DNA from: Octopus sinensis
Lineage: Eukaryota
DNA: 64,000 nucleotides
Assembly: GCF_006345805.1 (NCBI RefSeq)
Contig: NC_043006.1
Span: 24,490,001 to 24,554,000, forward strand
Reading direction: 5' to 3'
In this document: one piece after another, positions 63,400 through 64,000 of the stretch
Layout: every line of letters begins with the position of its first letter
Numbering within the stretch: the first letter of the stretch is position 1
The notes under the pieces: model-generated
What the model was told of the DNA's origin: nothing
Seen by the model: the letters and a program-made list of their open reading frames with translations, nothing else
The model's database searches: none
Made by a program: the position numbers and the translations under genes

Positions 63400-64000
63400 C
63401 CCAAACCAGTGAGATTGATGCCATTAATGTACTTATTCTATTGGTTTCTTTTGCTGAATTGTTAAGTTACATAACCAAACCAACACCAGTTGTTATACAA
63501 TGGAAGGGGAGGGAGAACACTAGTGTGCATACAAACAGAGACACACAATACAATTCCACACAGTTTCTCTCTACTGAATTCGCTCCTAAGGCATAGAATG
63601 GGACTAAGTTCAAAACTAGTTGGTCACAAAGTGAGCTTCTTAACCACACAGCCATAGCTGCACCTATATACGAAGTTGGTGTTCTAAGATAGTATTGCAG
63701 AGTTGATCACTTCTGCTGTATCTGGGTAGTTTCTTAAAGCAAGTGCCTACCCCAATTACCACTACTATACTTATGAAAATGCCACAAAAGAAAGACAATC
63801 AATAGATTCACAGCATCCACAGAGCTGCAGCAGATGCCAGATATTGGTATATACTGGCTATGTGGTAAGAAGAAGTTTGCTTCCCAGCCACATGGCTCCA
63901 GGTTCAATCCTACTGCATGGCACCTTGGGTAGGTGTCTTCTACCATAGCCCTGTCCCAACCAAAGCCTCTGAATGGATTTGGTAGATGGAAACTGAAAGA
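63400..64000. mobile_element. Degenerate SINE fragments (minus 63400-63670; plus 63860-64000)
   Basis: cttattctattgg..., gtggtaagaagaagtttgcttccc...ggatttggtagatggaaactg. Confidence 0.8.

Overview
AT-rich, microsatellite-laden eukaryotic DNA. The tRNA-derived SINE and the RTE LINE family look like those of Octopus (recognition from memory, no database search). Most of the window is transposon debris: RTE LINEs, tRNA-SINEs, several Penelope-like elements (PLEs), piggyBac, hAT, mariner, non-autonomous Helitrons, a CR1 3' end and MITEs. No host gene could be identified. There are scattered low-confidence minus-strand exon candidates and a CpG-rich promoter-like segment at ~40.5-41.0 kb. The strongest signal is at 51052-51839: a non-coding 352-bp circularly permuted unit carrying an intact minimal type I hammerhead ribozyme (retrozyme-like). 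It is present as a fold-back inverted pair inside (TA)n. A second complete hammerhead lies at 44634-44715, and variant hammerhead-like motifs lie in PLE terminal repeats at 14.7 and 15.2 kb. The RTE reverse transcriptase carries a C4HC3 PHD-like finger inside the RT domain. No rRNA, CRISPR array or clearly functional tRNA gene was found.
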